Source: Dipteris shenzhenensis
Lineage: Eukaryota
Strand: one strand, 5' to 3'
DNA: 64,000 bases
Assembly: GCA_047967505.1 (NCBI GenBank)
Contig: CM106538.1
Position numbers and translations under genes: made by a program. Shown piece by piece: positions 25,555 through 39,700 of the stretch; position 1 is the first letter of the stretch, and each line of letters begins with the position of its first letter. Under the pieces are notes generated by a model that worked only from the letters and a program-made list of their open reading frames with translations, made no database searches and was not told the DNA's origin.

Positions 25555-27620
25555 CCCCCCCTCAATGTCCACCTGCAAGTGAACTTAATTTTTCGGCCCA
25601 ATGCCAAGTCGATGAAGATGCCTCTCCAGCAAGTCTCTTCCAAGAGCCTTCGTGAAGGTGTCCGTAGCATTCTCTATAGTCGGACAGTACACCAAGTTGA
25701 CCTCTCCATCCATGATGAGCTCGCGTACAAAGTGATATTGAATCATGTGTTTTGTGCGAGCATGGAACACCAAGTTCTTTGCAATTGCCATGCAACTCTG
25801 ATTGTCACATGATAACTACATAGGCTTGCTTTGCACTGCACCCATGTCCCCTAAAATCCTCCTCAACCATATTGCCTCATAAGAAGCAAAACATGCTGAT
25901 TTGTACTCATCCTCGATAGAAGAAAGAGCAACTGTGGGTTGCTTCTTGCTGACCCATGACACAACTCCAGATCCAAGTGAGAAACAGTAAATTGTCACTG
26001 ATCTCCTGCTATCCACGTCTCCTTCCCAATCCGAGTCACAGAATCCGGTGTTGCCCTTGGTACAGGTGATGCCATAATCAAGTGTTCCTTTGATGTATTT
26101 TAGCACCCGCATCCCTGCCCTCCAATGGTTCTCCAGGGGCTTATTGGAAAACCTGCTTAGTACACCAGTCGCAAAGCTGATGTTCGGCCGCGTGTTGCAC
26201 AAGTAAATCAAACTGCCCACAATCCTTCTGTACTTCGCTTTGTCCACCAGTGGTGATGAATCCTCAATTGAGAGCTTCACGTCAACCTCCATAGGGGTGC
26301 CAACTGTCTTGCACTCAGCCATGCCAAATGCCTTTAGTACTCCATTCAGAAAGGAGGATTTTACATCCATCTGAAACATGGGCAAACTTTCTTGTGCTGT
26401 TAAAGCCAAAACACTGCGAATTGTGGTTAGTTGAGCTGTGGGAGCAAAAGTATCATGATAATCAAAACCATGTACCTGTGCGAATCCTTTTACCATGAGC
26501 CGAGCCTTGTATTTATCCAACGTGCCGTCGGACTTGTACTTGGTCTTGTACACCCACTTGGTTCCGATTACTTTGTGTTGTGGTGGGCGATCCACAAGGT
26601 CCCAAGTGTTGTTCTTCATTATGGAGCCATACTCCAACTGCATAGCCTCCATCCACCTATCATCACCTTGTGCCTCTTCAAGACACTTGGGTTCTTCAGC
26701 ACGGATCACCTCTGTCATCAAAGCGTAGTTGACCAAGTGTTCATGCACCCTTCTTTGCTCCTCTAATCTCTTGGACCGGCGGTGTTTGGATGGTTCCTCC
26801 TCAATGGCTAGAGGTTCTCTGCCGTCCAAAAGCTGCTTTACCCACTTTGAGAATGGCCGTTGCCATTGTGGTTCTGCAAACTCTTCTTCCTCTTCTTTAT
26901 CTTGAATCCTCCCAAGCACCATTGGGGGAGTTCAGTCTGCTGTTGGTGGTTGTATTGGATGGATATCCTGGTCCTGGTTGTCTAGGAAGAAAGCATCCTC
27001 CTCTAATTGATGCGGCTATTCTGAGAAGACCACATCACAACTTACTATTGCCTTCTTGGTAATAGGGTTATAGAAATGGTAACCCTTCGCCTCTTCACTG
27101 TAGCCCAAGAAAATACATTTCCGGCTCTTCGATTCATATTTGGTCCTGTTAGCATCAGGGACATGCACAAAACAGTCACATCCAAAAACTCTGAAATGTG
27201 CAGTTGAAGGTTTCTTACTAGAAAAGGCCTGCAGTGGAGTCATCCCGTTCACAGCCTTCATGTAGCTACCTTCGTGTATCTACGATTCAGAATGTAAACT
27301 GCCATGTTACATGCTTCAACCCAGAAAGTCTTTGGCAAATCTTTCCCTTTCATCATACTCCTGCCCATTTCGCAGATGACACACATCTTGCGCTCTGCTA
27401 CTCCATTTTGCTATGATGTATGTGGCGGGGGTTTCTGCCTCTTGATCCCGTGACTTTTGCAGTAACTTTCGAATTCACTTGATTGAACTCTCCACCTCTG
27501 TCTGATCTCAACTTCTTCACTTTCCTCCCCGTTTCTTTCTCGACCATTACATGCCATTCTTTGAACTTACTAAAAGCCTCATCTTTAGTCTTCAGGACGG
27601 TATATCCATATCCCAAAGCA
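25555..27620 (-). pseudogene. Copia pol remnant (IN, internally deleted RT, RNase H)
   Basis: LRSDRGGEF; KWVYKTK...YKARL; QMDVKSSFLNG joined directly to VLKAFGM (YVDD region absent); FHARTKH...TFTKAL. Confidence 0.92.
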
Positions 27621-27699
27621 GCTTTGAGTGTGTTCTTGTAAGTCAGCATTGAAGAGGGCAACCTCTACTTGGAAAGTGTGGATCAGTTCTATGATTTTC

Positions 27700-30600
27700 T
27701 TCGACCATTACATGCCTTTTTTTGAACTTACTAAAAGCCTCATCTTTAGACTTTAGGAAGAATTATCAATCCCAAAGCAGCTTTGAGTGTGTTCTTGTAA
27801 GTCAGCATTGAAGAGGGCAACCTCTACTTGGAAAGTGTGGATCAGTTCTATGATTTTCTTCTGGTCCTGTTCAGCCAGTTAACAAACAGTAAGTCAGCTT
27901 GCAAAATAACTTGATTAAACTGAAGATTATTCTTGGTTACCCATATAAACCAAAGAGCATGTGCTCTCAGGGGTGACCAGGTGTCCTGTCTTATCCTTGA
28001 AGGAGCCTTGAAGAGTCTCCATGCAAGATGGCCTTCCAATTCACTGGCTCCCCTATGGACTATTTTCCATACCTTTCTGGCCACTGGACAAGCCACAAAG
28101 AGATGGAAGATATCTTCATTGGTAGAGGGACAATTCATACATTTACCATTACCCTTCCCAATCCTGAGTCCTCTGATATTGGTCCACACAGCTTTATGCA
28201 ATATGAGCCACATCAGGGCAGATAGTTTGTCTGGAATTGAAGGAGACCAGATGGCACAAAACCTGAATTTCCATTTCTCTTTGGAGTCATGAAGTTTCCA
28301 CCTGTCATTAAGAACCCTACAGAGATCATCCATGTCCCTGCTTGGTGTGGGTATAGGGAAGAAAGAGGAACTTTCCACCCAACTAAACTCCCTACTGTAC
28401 ATAAGGAAAGATCCCCCCTTCCACTATTGGCTGCCACTCCAAAGTTTTAATCTACTCATAACAAGTGACTGGCTTTTGTTGTTTAGACTGAATTCTCTCC
28501 TAATCTCTACCCAAGTTTTCCACCTTAGTTCATGTCTGTTCCATAGCTGCCCTAGCTTTGCAAACCCTTTTTTAATAGAAGAGCTACCTTGGCTATCTCT
28601 TCATCAGAACTCTTCATCAGAAAGCACAACTTCTTTGAAAATAATAGAAATCCAAATTGAGTCCAAGGTCATAAAGGCACCTTTACCTGAGAAGACAATT
28701 TGGCTTTTAATCCCTTCAAAAGCTATCCAAAGAGAGACCCAAAGCCGGCTGCCTTTAGGTTTGCAGGGTTCGGGGTTACATATACCTGACAACATGGGGT
28801 AGTTTTTCCACTTGAGGACTCTGAGGGGTCTTAGGGAGCTGACATTCCTAAGGAGAAGTTGATCCCAGTCTTCAATAGGGTTTAGGATGTCTTTAGAATC
28901 TAGGTTGAGGAGAGTTTCAGAGCAACCTGTTCTATGTCAATAACTCCTAATCCACCCTCCTGTTTGGGTTTGATACAGAAGTCCCACCTGCTGACCTTGG
29001 GTATCTTGCCTCCCCACAGAAAAGATCAACAAGTTTTTATGAATCTGTCATGCTTGCCTGAGGGTAGCTAAATACCTTTCAACTTGTTTTCTTGGCTTTG
29101 TTAATGGAAAAGCCATCCCAGGGAGTCTACTGCAATTGCAAAGAGTAAAGGGGCAATAGGGCACCCCTGCCTTATAGATATTTTAAGCTCAAATGGTTGG
29201 CTCATGATCCAATTAACACAAATCTTTGCAGTAGCATTTGTGAGGAGGAGTTTGATAAAAGAAATGTAAAGGGGGCCAAGACCCATATCAGCCAGAGCTT
29301 GGATGATGGACTCCCATTCAAGTCTATCATAAGCCTTGTCAAAGTCAACCTTCAAGAAGCATATGTCCTGTTTTGTTTCTCTGGCATACTCACATCCCTC
29401 CCAAATGTTGATGATAGCTTCAAGTAGATGTCTGCCCTTTATGCAGCCTTTCAACTATGGTAGGATCCACTTGGCCATTCTGTTTCTAATCTCAGAGCCA
29501 GAGCTTTAGCAAAGATTTTATAGCTACATTTGAGCATAGTAAGAGGTCTCCAGTTCCTTAGCTCAGTCTTATCTCCTTCCTTAGGAATAAGTTTTATAAC
29601 ACCACCATTGATATGTGTAGGCAGGCACCCACTTTCAACACTTTCTTGCCATAAGAGCAGGAGGTATGGGCCAATAGTGGACCAGAATCTTTTGTAGAAT
29701 TCAATTGGTAGTCCATCCTCTCCTGGTGTTTTACCATCAGCCATCACCTTGACAGCTTCAAAAAGCTCCTCTATAGTAGAGGTTTCTCCAGGTACTTGTT
29801 ATCAAAGCTGAGAACAGTGCTTTTTCTAGCTTCCTTCCAAAGTTCTCTAGCTTTAATCACTTCATTGTCTACTTGAATGGTGGAGGACAGTAAACTCTAA
29901 AAATGAAGCTGAATGAGGTCAATGTCCTCCTCATTGGACACGGCCAAAGAGTTGTCAGCTTTTCTAAGAAGGGGTACCTCTTCATTAGACCTTTTCCTTC
30001 TAATACTTTTGAAGTACTCCTTGGTAGGTTTATCAGCTTTGCCAGCCCACCAATCTCTGAAGTATACCTTAGAGTCATCTAGAAGAATCTACTCTTGAAT
30101 CCTAAACTCATTTCTTTTGAGCACCAAGTTAGCCTATGCCTGAGGGTCCCCCTGTCTAGCTAGGGTCTCTAGGGTAGTAATCATGCTCTAAATGTTGTCC
30201 ATCCTCTTTGCCCTAATTTTAGCTTTGTCCTTTCTAGATTTTTTGAGGAACCTTTGGGTCTGGTCAATTACAATATACCAGGATTCACTGGCAGAAGGAG
30301 ACTCAGTGAAAGCCTTGAGCCAAATAAGTTTAACACCTCTGAACACTCCTTAAGTCAAAAAATTTGGGATCATCCTTAAACCACGATGTGGTTTTTTGGC
30401 CCAAGCCAAACTCACACTTGAGCAGGATTGGCTTGTGGTCTGAAAGAAAAAAAGAGGAAAAAACCTGAGTCTGCTGGCAAGAGCTGGTTTGGCTAACTAG
30501 ATCTTGTGAGACATATATCCTGTCAAGTCTGGCCTCTCTTCTGTTGTCCCCCACTTGATTGTTTGACCATGTGAAGATGTCCTTTATCCCCATGTCCACT

Positions 30601-32900
30601 AGACTTAGCTCTTCTTTCAAGTCCTCCTAGAAAGTCAGTTCTCTGCCTCTGATGACTATTCCTTTACCCATCCATCTGTCCTTGGAGCTTTCCACCATGT
30701 TAAAGTCAGTAGCCACAAAACATTTATTTCCTGCCAGCAGGAGTGATTCCCAGCTAACCATTCTTTCCTGTCAACTGTTAGAAGCATAGAGTGACACCAC
30801 TGTGAATGCCTTCCCATGTATCATGCATTTAACCATAATCCATATGTTCTGTGTATCCACTTCCACATCCAAAATACCCTGAGCATAGTTAGATAGTATA
30901 CCAATTGCTGCCCCACCCTTGCCCTCCTCATGGTCAGTGAAGTACCATTTCCTTCTCTTGTTCAATAACAGTCAGTTTCTTCTCCAAAAAAGGACTAGAG
31001 ACTTTAACTTCTTGCAGAGTAAGGAAAGTAGGAGAAAGAGCATTAGCTCTCAGCCAGAAAGCTAACTATCCTCCTCTGCCAGGGTCAGTAAGCCCTCTGA
31101 CATTGAGTGAGAGGATGGCTATTGGTTTACTTGGCATTCTTCTTAGTTCCCTTTCTAGCCCTAGGATTGGGTCTGTTTATCTAAGGGGAGGCATTTTTTC
31201 CTTCAGAGAGTTTTCTCTTACTTTGTACTTGAGTAAAAGCCTTACCTTGGTCAGCAGTATCCTTTTCAGTCCCCATATGATCACCTCCTAGGTCTTCCTC
31301 TCACTGATTTTTGAAGAGGCCATCTCATCCTCTCTGTTTATATCCTCCTCAAAATCTTTTGACCAACCTGTTTCAATCTGAGAGTCAATGTCTAGGTTTT
31401 GAATTTTTTTTTAATACTCCTCAGTTTCACTGTCTGCCAGGGTGTCAAAAACATTGTTCAGACCTACGGTGTCATCAATCATCCCTTTGCCTTTATCCTG
31501 GGGGAGCAAGGGTTTTATAGGGTTTATCTTTTGGAGAAGGGTTTTTTCAGTAAAAACTGGCTTGGGGATCCCTTTTTCAGCTTGTTTACTACTGGTGGGT
31601 GAAGGATCCTTGGGCTTAGTTTTGGTCCTCCTCTATGGGCAGTTCTTAACTGCATGACTAGAGAGTCCACATAGAAAGCAAGAATTTGGAAGATTTTTAT
31701 AGAGAAGGGGTTGTTCCTTGTACACACTTCCATTCCTATTGACCATTACCAAGGTGTTGGGAAGGTCCTCACCAATATCCATCTTAATACACACTTGTGG
31801 GTTAGCTCTAGGACTGATGAAGTTTTCCTTCTCAACTCCAACTACCTCACCCAAATAGCTGCACAAGGAAGCTAGTTGGTTACAGAGAGAGAGAGGGGCA
31901 GATCTAGGAGCTCTACCCACACAGGAGTAATAGTGGAGAGGTTGGTGTCTGACAGTCCACAGAGGGTGCAGTTGAGAGCCTTGGAGGCCATGCTTGGAGA
32001 TTCAAATAAGGAAGACAAAGAACCCTTTTCTTAAAAATCTAACATTGGTAACACTAATGCCTTGTCTTACCCAATTTGCTCTATGGAATCAGAAAGCAAG
32101 TCTTCATTGATGAAGGCAGCAATCTGCATACCTCTTGGAGATTCTTGGCCCTTACTACAAGTAGCCTCTTCTTGTTCAACTGCTTTGGTGCTGTCTTTTG
32201 GGGTCTGTGCTCATTCTTTCCTTCTCGTAGTGAAGGGCCTCCTTGTTTCCTTCTTTGCTCCCGCTTTGGTGGATTTTGGCTCTTGGAGAAGTTCCAAAGG
32301 TTCCTCTTTGACCTCCTTTGCTACAATCGAAGAGCTTTGAACTGCTCTAGGGGGCTCTAGTTTCTTGCAGGTTGGGGGTTGAAGTAGAGGTAGCAAGTCC
32401 TTCCTTGGCCTCCTCTATCCTTCCTGAGCTAGCAAAGCGAGTAGTAAGCTCCTTTCTCGCTAGAAGGGAGAAGAACCCTCTAGCTTTCTGAGCAGCCACC
32501 GAGTAAGATATCGTGGCGCCTCCCCTCCCAGCTTTGAGATCTGGCAATGTGCGTCCATTCTTTTCCTAAGGTATTGCCTTTTCACTCAAGGTGGAAGAAA
32601 GTCTGTCTTGTTTGAGGGTCCCTAAGCCCCTTTTCAAGCTCAACTGGAGGAGGTTGGCTGCAAGTGTTTTTTCTCTGGGGAGTTCTGGAAATGTGTCTTC
32701 AAAGGTCACATCAGAATATCAATTTGACTGGGATCGATGCTCCTGTCGATTCAAGCCGTTAGTTCTGTCTGCTGATACCAACTCTTCATCATAGTCATTT
32801 CCCAAACCTTGTCCTTTGTGAGCACTTAGTGGTGGGTGGGGGAATCTAGTGTGTAATCTTCTATCTTCCTCTCCATCTCCTTCCTCAATTTCCATCATTT
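27700..32900 (-). mobile_element. L1-clade LINE, near full length but decayed (ORF1 knuckle, APE endonuclease, RT, zf-RVT)
   Basis: CFLCGLSSHAVKNC; FTW...RLDRIY...SDH; PGEDG, NWRPL, DFDKAYD, RQGCPIAP; CMNC...HLFVAC. RT jumps from about LKGI to FLWGG, so the YADD region is absent. Confidence 0.92.
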
Positions 32901-34800
32901 TTTAGAGTTCAAAGGGGCCAAATAATTTAGTTATGATCACTAGAACATGTCAACCAAGACTTATGAAGAATTGTTGACTAGAGTAGTCATACTCAACACT
33001 TTAAAACTTTCAATCCACACAACTATGTGATATTATTTAATAAGGCTTGATCCTATGGCACTTACTCAAAGCTTGTGCTTGCCATTATCAAGTCTTGATC
33101 CAATAAAATGTGCTACTTGTTGTTTTGGGATCTAGTCAAAAGTGCTACTTGATGTTTTGGGGTACATTAAAATTGTAGATTTATAAGGCTATGCTCCCCT
33201 TTCACTAGTAGATTAATGATATGTGAATGCAATGTGTGTGCACTTTTGTGAGAATGAGCACATTAAAGGTGATCAAAGGATTTGACTTAAGGAAAGCATG
33301 ATGAGATACTACACCATGCCCATGTGAGCATGTTGTGTGCAATGTGCATCCTCAAATTAGTAAGGGCATGTGTAGACACATGTGCATACTATGTACATTA
33401 TGTCCAAAAGTCTACATCATTCAATGATGCTACTATGTTATGAAAGGTCATCTTCAATCTATAACGATTCGAGAGCACATTGCAAATAAATGACAAAATC
33501 ATGGTTGTTTCATTTGTCTTATGCTACCTGCTTGCTTGGAGTGAGTTGTAGTGAAACAAACCCATACGGTAGGTTGAAATTGCTTATGTTTCAAGCTACA
33601 TAATATGGATGCATAATATATAAGAAAGTAGATCTCGAAAAAATAATATTATCCCTAGACATAGTAGGAGTCTACTAGACAAGGGACAAGACCATGAGGG
33701 GAATATATTTGTGTCCATATAATAACTTATTTCTCTCTGAAAAGAGATTCACCCTACATACACTCAGTCTTATAATTACGCATGGAGAATTTGGTGAATA
33801 CTTTACTCGGTGTCCCTTTGCTATGCATGGTTTAGGTTTTGGTTTGATATTTTTAGAGTTGCTAGGAATTTTTATATGTGAAGGAATTTGATTCGATAGG
33901 CTTACTTTTCTAGGTTTTATCTTTTATTTTAAAAGGAAAATTAGAGGTGGGTGGTTTACAGCAATGGGTGACTAATTCTAGCTAATTCTCAAGGTAATTA
34001 AGGTGCTTATTATTACGTGAAATATATTATCATGCCTACCGACACCCACACACTTTATCACACAGTTGTCTAATGTGGGCCCTCCTCATTAATGTTGTGT
34101 TATTCTATCTTTGTATCCTAGATGGGAACTTAGTGTCCCATCCATTAAATATCATATACGCGTTCTTTTAGAAAAAACTACCTTTCCCATATTCTTACCC
34201 CTAATGATATTAAAAAGGTCTTTGATTAGAGTCGGTGGTGGTATGTACATCATAATTAAGGTGAGAAGCATGAGCGGTGATTAAGAGATAGACGCATGCA
34301 TACACGTATGCTTGTCGGAGGGCAAGCACCAAAGCACACCACTTTTTGAGACAAGGACAAGATACAATTCGTTCAACGCCATGGGGCCCAAAGGATTATG
34401 CTAAGCATGAGGCACACATAACGAGAGCCTCAACTATGTGAAGGAGTGGGTGATGCCACAAAGCTGCAAGGTACTTGTTCAAAAGATGAATCTAGTGCGT
34501 TGGGGCATCTACAAAAGTGATGCGGATCACGTAAGGAAAGCTTGGGCAATCCGCCCACCATCATCATCTTCACCATCCTTCTAATAACAACACGTTATTA
34601 GCTTGCTTCCTTTGGAAATATTACTTCAAGTTTGGTTCTCCATCATCCTCTCCTTTGTAATAATCTATTTACTTCCTCTCACCTTAAGCTTCCATGGCTT
34701 TCCTGCATTCTAATTCCCCTTCATCTTGCCATGTTCCTGCTCAAACCTCCCTCCTTTTTCTGCATATTTCCCCATCATCTTCTCGACCCACTCACACTCA

Positions 34801-34906
34801 ACATCTGAGCTTGCTCCCTTGAAAAATCTCCTGCCAACCTTGCTCCCTAACATATTTGAGCTTGCTCCGTTTTACATTTGAGCTTGATCCCTTGAAAAAT
34901 CTCCTG
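34801..34906. repeat. Short direct repeats upstream of the DC1 gene
   Basis: TGAGCTTG(C/A)TCCCTTGAAAAATCTCCTG at ~34806 and ~34879, partial copy at ~34857. Confidence 0.7.
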
Positions 34907-35043
34907 TCCAGTGTCAAGCTTCCATAGCTTTTCTGAAACCTTCTCCGTAACCTTTCCACCACCTCCATCACCTTCTCGGCCACCTCCTCGAGGATCGTAG
35001 CAATTTTGTATATTTCCTTGCTCGGAGCTCAGCTCAAACTGCC

Positions 35044-36207
35044 ATGTCTTTGCTCAGAAGAAGAGGTGCAGGATCTGCCGTGCACACCCTCTCCCTCCTG
35101 CACGCGCCCCCTTATCAGACTGGCTTCTTCGTTTGTCACCTCTGCTGGGAGAGAGGTAGCGGTCCTCTCTATCATTGTCCCGATTGCCAGTTCGACCTTC
35201 ATACCACCTGTGCCGGCTCTGGAAATCAGCAAACTCACTTTTCTCACTACCAGCACCCCCTGCATCTCAAATCTGTGAATCCTGGCCATACCTGTGATGG
35301 CTGTAAAGAGCCCATCTTCTCGTCTGTCTATCGTTGTAGCCTCTGTGACTTCGACCTATGCACCCTCTGTGTCCGAGCTCCCAGGTTTGTACGCCATCCC
35401 AGCCATCCCCATGTGCTCGTTCTCTCTCTGGCGAGTGAACTCTCGGGTTCCTGTCAATGCGATGGCTGTGGAAGACACGTCTCTGGGATGGTGTATCGGT
35501 GTACCGGTTGCAATTTTGATCTCCACCAGTCTTGTGTGACGCTCCCGCTCAAACCGCTGCATCACAAACACCCAGAGCATCCGCTTACTCTTCATTTCCA
35601 ACGTGAAAGCGGATGGAGCTCCTACAATTGCAACGAGTGTGGACGCGGAGGGACGGGGTGGGTTTACAACTGCTCGATCTGTACGTACAACTTGCATCCC
35701 GGCTGTGCAAAGATTCCACACGAGGTGCCCCGTTCGGCGAGTTTGCAGAAATGGCATGAGCCTCTGGTCTCACCGCGGTGGGATGTCCCGCAAATGTGGT
35801 CTGACCGACCAGAATCGATATATCAAGGAAATGAGCTTGTTCGAACGTCGCCTTATTCGAGGGTTCGGGGTACTAATTCTTACGAGTCACCATACGATTC
35901 GAGCATGCGCGGGCTCGGTCAGGGCACGCAGGTGATCTCGCCGTCCCCTTACGTCTCCTCGTTGCGTGAGACTTCTTCCCTGGGCAGATCACCTTACTCC
36001 TCTTACTTATCCACGCCAGCTTTAACTTACAACAGACCTGCACACTCTCCTTATACGTCGTCACATGATTTCCTGAATGCTAACGATGGTTCTCCTTCAG
36101 CCAAGTTGCAGCAACTGACCCAAATAGCTCCGTCTCTGAATCCCAGGGATGCGGAGAGGATTCTGGACTATCTAGGGGGGTCACATGCATCTAGTGCGTT
36201 GTACTGA
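35044..36207 (+). CDS. Cys/His-rich DC1 (C1-like) domain protein with four domains and an S/P/Y-rich C-terminus, intronless
   Basis: Intact 387-aa ORF with four H-x-L...CxxC...YxCxxCx(F/Y)xL(H/C)xxC units; CpG-rich, consistent with a live gene. Confidence 0.92.
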   Translation: MSLLRRRGAGSAVHTLSLLHAPPYQTGFFVCHLCWERGSGPLYHCPDCQFDLHTTCAGSGNQQTHFSHYQHPLHLKSVNPGHTCDGCKEPIFSSVYRCSLCDFDLCTLCVRAPRFVRHPSHPHVLVLSLASELSGSCQCDGCGRHVSGMVYRCTGCNFDLHQSCVTLPLKPLHHKHPEHPLTLHFQRESGWSSYNCNECGRGGTGWVYNCSICTYNLHPGCAKIPHEVPRSASLQKWHEPLVSPRWDVPQMWSDRPESIYQGNELVRTSPYSRVRGTNSYESPYDSSMRGLGQGTQVISPSPYVSSLRETSSLGRSPYSSYLSTPALTYNRPAHSPYTSSHDFLNANDGSPSAKLQQLTQIAPSLNPRDAERILDYLGGSHASSALY

Positions 36208-39200
36208 TATACGTTGGCATGTCCTCGTCGTGCACAGAACTCTGTAAAGTACGTGTACCAGATTCTGTCTACAAGTCTCGAGGGTTCTGGGTTTATTAAC
36301 GTACCGTGCGTTATGCTTATCATTTCTACTTCTCGCCTTGTACATTTTGTCGAAGCACTGATGTCCAGCAAAGCTCAACTGTTAATTGACATAGTTTCAT
36401 TGATGTAATTAAGCAACAAGCATCACGTTTCTTTGTGTATATAGACTTATATTGTCATTCCCGAGCACTGTTCATTGATGTAATTAATCAAAAGCATTAC
36501 GTTTCTTAGTGTAGTCATGGTCGTTTCTTTTCAAATCTGGGGAGATTTAATACAATCCAAACTTTAGATTTTCTTAAATAGAATCTAAAACTTCCCAACC
36601 CCTTTTGAAAATTCATTCTAGGGTTGTCTTTCCTAAGAGCTTATGGTTTTATGCTTTTACTACTTGGGGGCTAGGGGTAGTTACTTCCTTAGGCACGTTT
36701 ACAGTTGCCCTCATAATAGTCCCACTCGTCCCACCCCCTCCTCCTTCCTTTCTTCTCGCGGAATGGATAACCATTTCGGAGAAAATCTCTCCCGCTCTGC
36801 CTAACCTCTTGCCATGCTAATGGGTGCATTGTCCTATTTACATTAGGATCTAACCAAAACACGTAGGAGCACAAAAAAATAAAAGAACAAAAAGAGAAAA
36901 AGCACAGTGGGATTGCAGAATCCAAAGGAGGCCCACAAGCAAGAACATAACAGACTAAAAATGGGACATTCTTTTGATAAGTTGAGTTCCAGAGTATTTT
37001 TTCCTTCAACAAGTTCCATCAGCACATAACATGCTCATATGAATGTAGCTCTGTATAATATAACTTTGTTCATAATTAAAATATAATGAACATACAATGT
37101 ACCCCTAAATATTTTATTAAATTCTCATTCAATTAGAGAAGATTAAAAAGGCCTCATCTAATGAGGATGGGTTTCCTTTAATGAGAAGCCATCTACATGG
37201 AATTTTCTTGCCGAATTTTTGATTTCAACTATGAAAGGAAATTTTACAATTATACTTTGTAATGGCAAATCAAAGCTTGGTGCCACAAGGTGGTAAGTGA
37301 TGCAAGCAACATTATAACTTGTGATTCATTGAAGACCAATCCAATAGTAGCACCTCCATTGAGGATTCCTTGCCATAATCAATGAGCAAATGATTTTCTT
37401 GTGAATGATGTGAACTAATGTAATTAAAATTGATAAACTATCAAAAGACACAAATGAAAAGATGGGCCACCAATCTTGGGTGACAGGCTATAAAAGTAGG
37501 TCCAACAAGGTAGCAAGCAGTAAGGTAGAGATGGTTGGGAGAGTAGTAGCCAGATTGCCCCTAATAGCCAAGGCATCACCAAAGATGCCAATGTGTAACT
37601 ATGGAAAGGAAAATTCATGTGGCGTCCCATCAACTTTCCCCAAAAGATATGTTAAATGAAAGTCAGTGGTACTCCCAAAGTATTGCCATCAACATATCAA
37701 AGAACAATGTATTCCATCTAAGAATGTGCTAGAATATATGAGATTCATGAGACTCAAGAAAAACTCACAAACTCGCTAGAAACTCGCTAGAAAAACCCTT
37801 ACTATAAAGTAAACCCATTGAGAACTAACCTCAAACTAACATAAGATGTAAAAATGGGTGAGTTATAGTGCTAGAGTAGATTCGATAGCAAGTCATGTCA
37901 GCACCCCATCATCCTTGAAACTTGGAGTACGTGAAGGCCAAAGAATAGCTTGTTTAAAGGTTGTTGTTTTAGTCCAATCATCCAATCTCCCTACAACAAG
38001 ATTGTATCATATGGATTGAAACATAATATGCCCTTCCTAGACACTATATCAATTAGTAACTTCCCAAAATGCATTTTGGGTCAACAATGCATGTGGTTTC
38101 ATCGTGTCTAATTGTTTATTGTTGGATACCTTGGGTAATGGTAGATTTTCTCTTCCTTAGAGATCATGAATTCATGGATGATATTCCAACAATCAAATAC
38201 AAAGAGAATTCTTTAGGTAGGCTGCATACAAAGGACTGCATGGAACTCAAACTTATACACATTAGACACTGTGAATACCTCCAAGCTAGAAGGGTTAGAG
38301 TTTTGATGAGGACTTTATAAAATATTCCTCTAAACCAAACAAAGCTAACAAATTAAGGGGCTTATTTAGTATGCTATGGGCCTTTGCACTATTTACATTG
38401 CAAGCATCTCATTTACATAGCAATATTTTATATTATAATATTTACATTGCGACAAAATTCTCACATACTTACATTGCAAACATTGTTATTTTAGGATTTT
38501 GTAAAGTTAAATGTACTCCTCATTACTTTACTTGCATGTCCAAATCAACAATTATAATTGAAATATTTACATTGCAAATAAATGCTCACAATATTTATAT
38601 TATAAGGTCATTTAGGATTTTGCAAAGGTCAATGTAATCCTCATTTCTTTATTTGCATGTGCAAATCAACAATTATTATTTTATGCACTTTAAACTTGCA
38701 CAAAGTTTCTTGGTCTACTAGTGATAATCATCTATCTTATCTTAATACATATTAAGGAGGGTGGGAGGCCAAGAGGTTACCACATGTCATGTGGAGGGGG
38801 AGGCAAGAGGTTGTCATGTGTCGTGTGGAAGGGGAGGCAAGAGTTACCATATGGCAAGTTGAGAGATGTGCCACATGGCGAAGGTGTGGCCTTCCAGCCA
38901 CCAAAGGAGTCTACTCTATATTGCAAAGAACCTCTTAGCATTTCATTCATAGATTATGGTTTAACTGCAAACAAATCAAGATGATCACTTATTGAATCTG
39001 GCTGTCAAAAGAGTTTGAAAAATATGTTAATAAAGAGGATGCCATGGAAGGGTAAGATATCAGTGAGAAGAGGATTCAAAACAAGAATAAACCAAGGGCA
39101 CGCCAAGGGGACACTAGTCAAGATAAGCCTTCACTGTGGTTCAACATAAAAGAAGGCAATCTAAAGCCACTACTACTCAGGTAAATAGCCCCAACCCTAG

Positions 39201-39700
39201 GGCTAAGAAGGGTATGGTGAAATTGAGGCTCGATGATGACATGGATTTCTTGGACTACGTGGGGATGCTCTTAAGCAAAGAGAAATGCAATAATCTTACG
39301 TGGTTTCATAATAGGGTGTATGCAGTTAGTGATCAAAAGAAGAGATCAACATGAGACACACAGAAGTGTAATATCGTGGCAAGGAAGGGCATATAGAAAA
39401 CTATTGCTATACAAAGCAACGTGATGACATGCTAAAACTGTAAAGCAATGGCAATGGAAGATCAAAGGAGGAGTGATGTCAGAATGTTAGTTGAGGTTAA
39501 TCATTTCAGTGGATCAAGACTATGCTTTTTGATCCTACTTAAATTTTGAGCAGTCTTGTTTGGCTCTTTGTGGGAAGTTGGTGTTTGAGCTCTTGGTGAG
39601 CATTCTGTGTTAGATCTTTGTGAGCATAGTTCCTCTTTGTGAGCATTTGTAGGAGAATGTTTATTTTGTCTTGTATGGTATTATCTTCTTCCTCATTTTG

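Noticed and set aside
35029-36064. Overlapping antisense and alternate-frame ORFs in the DC1 gene
   Set aside because: Shadow ORFs of a GC-rich coding sequence.
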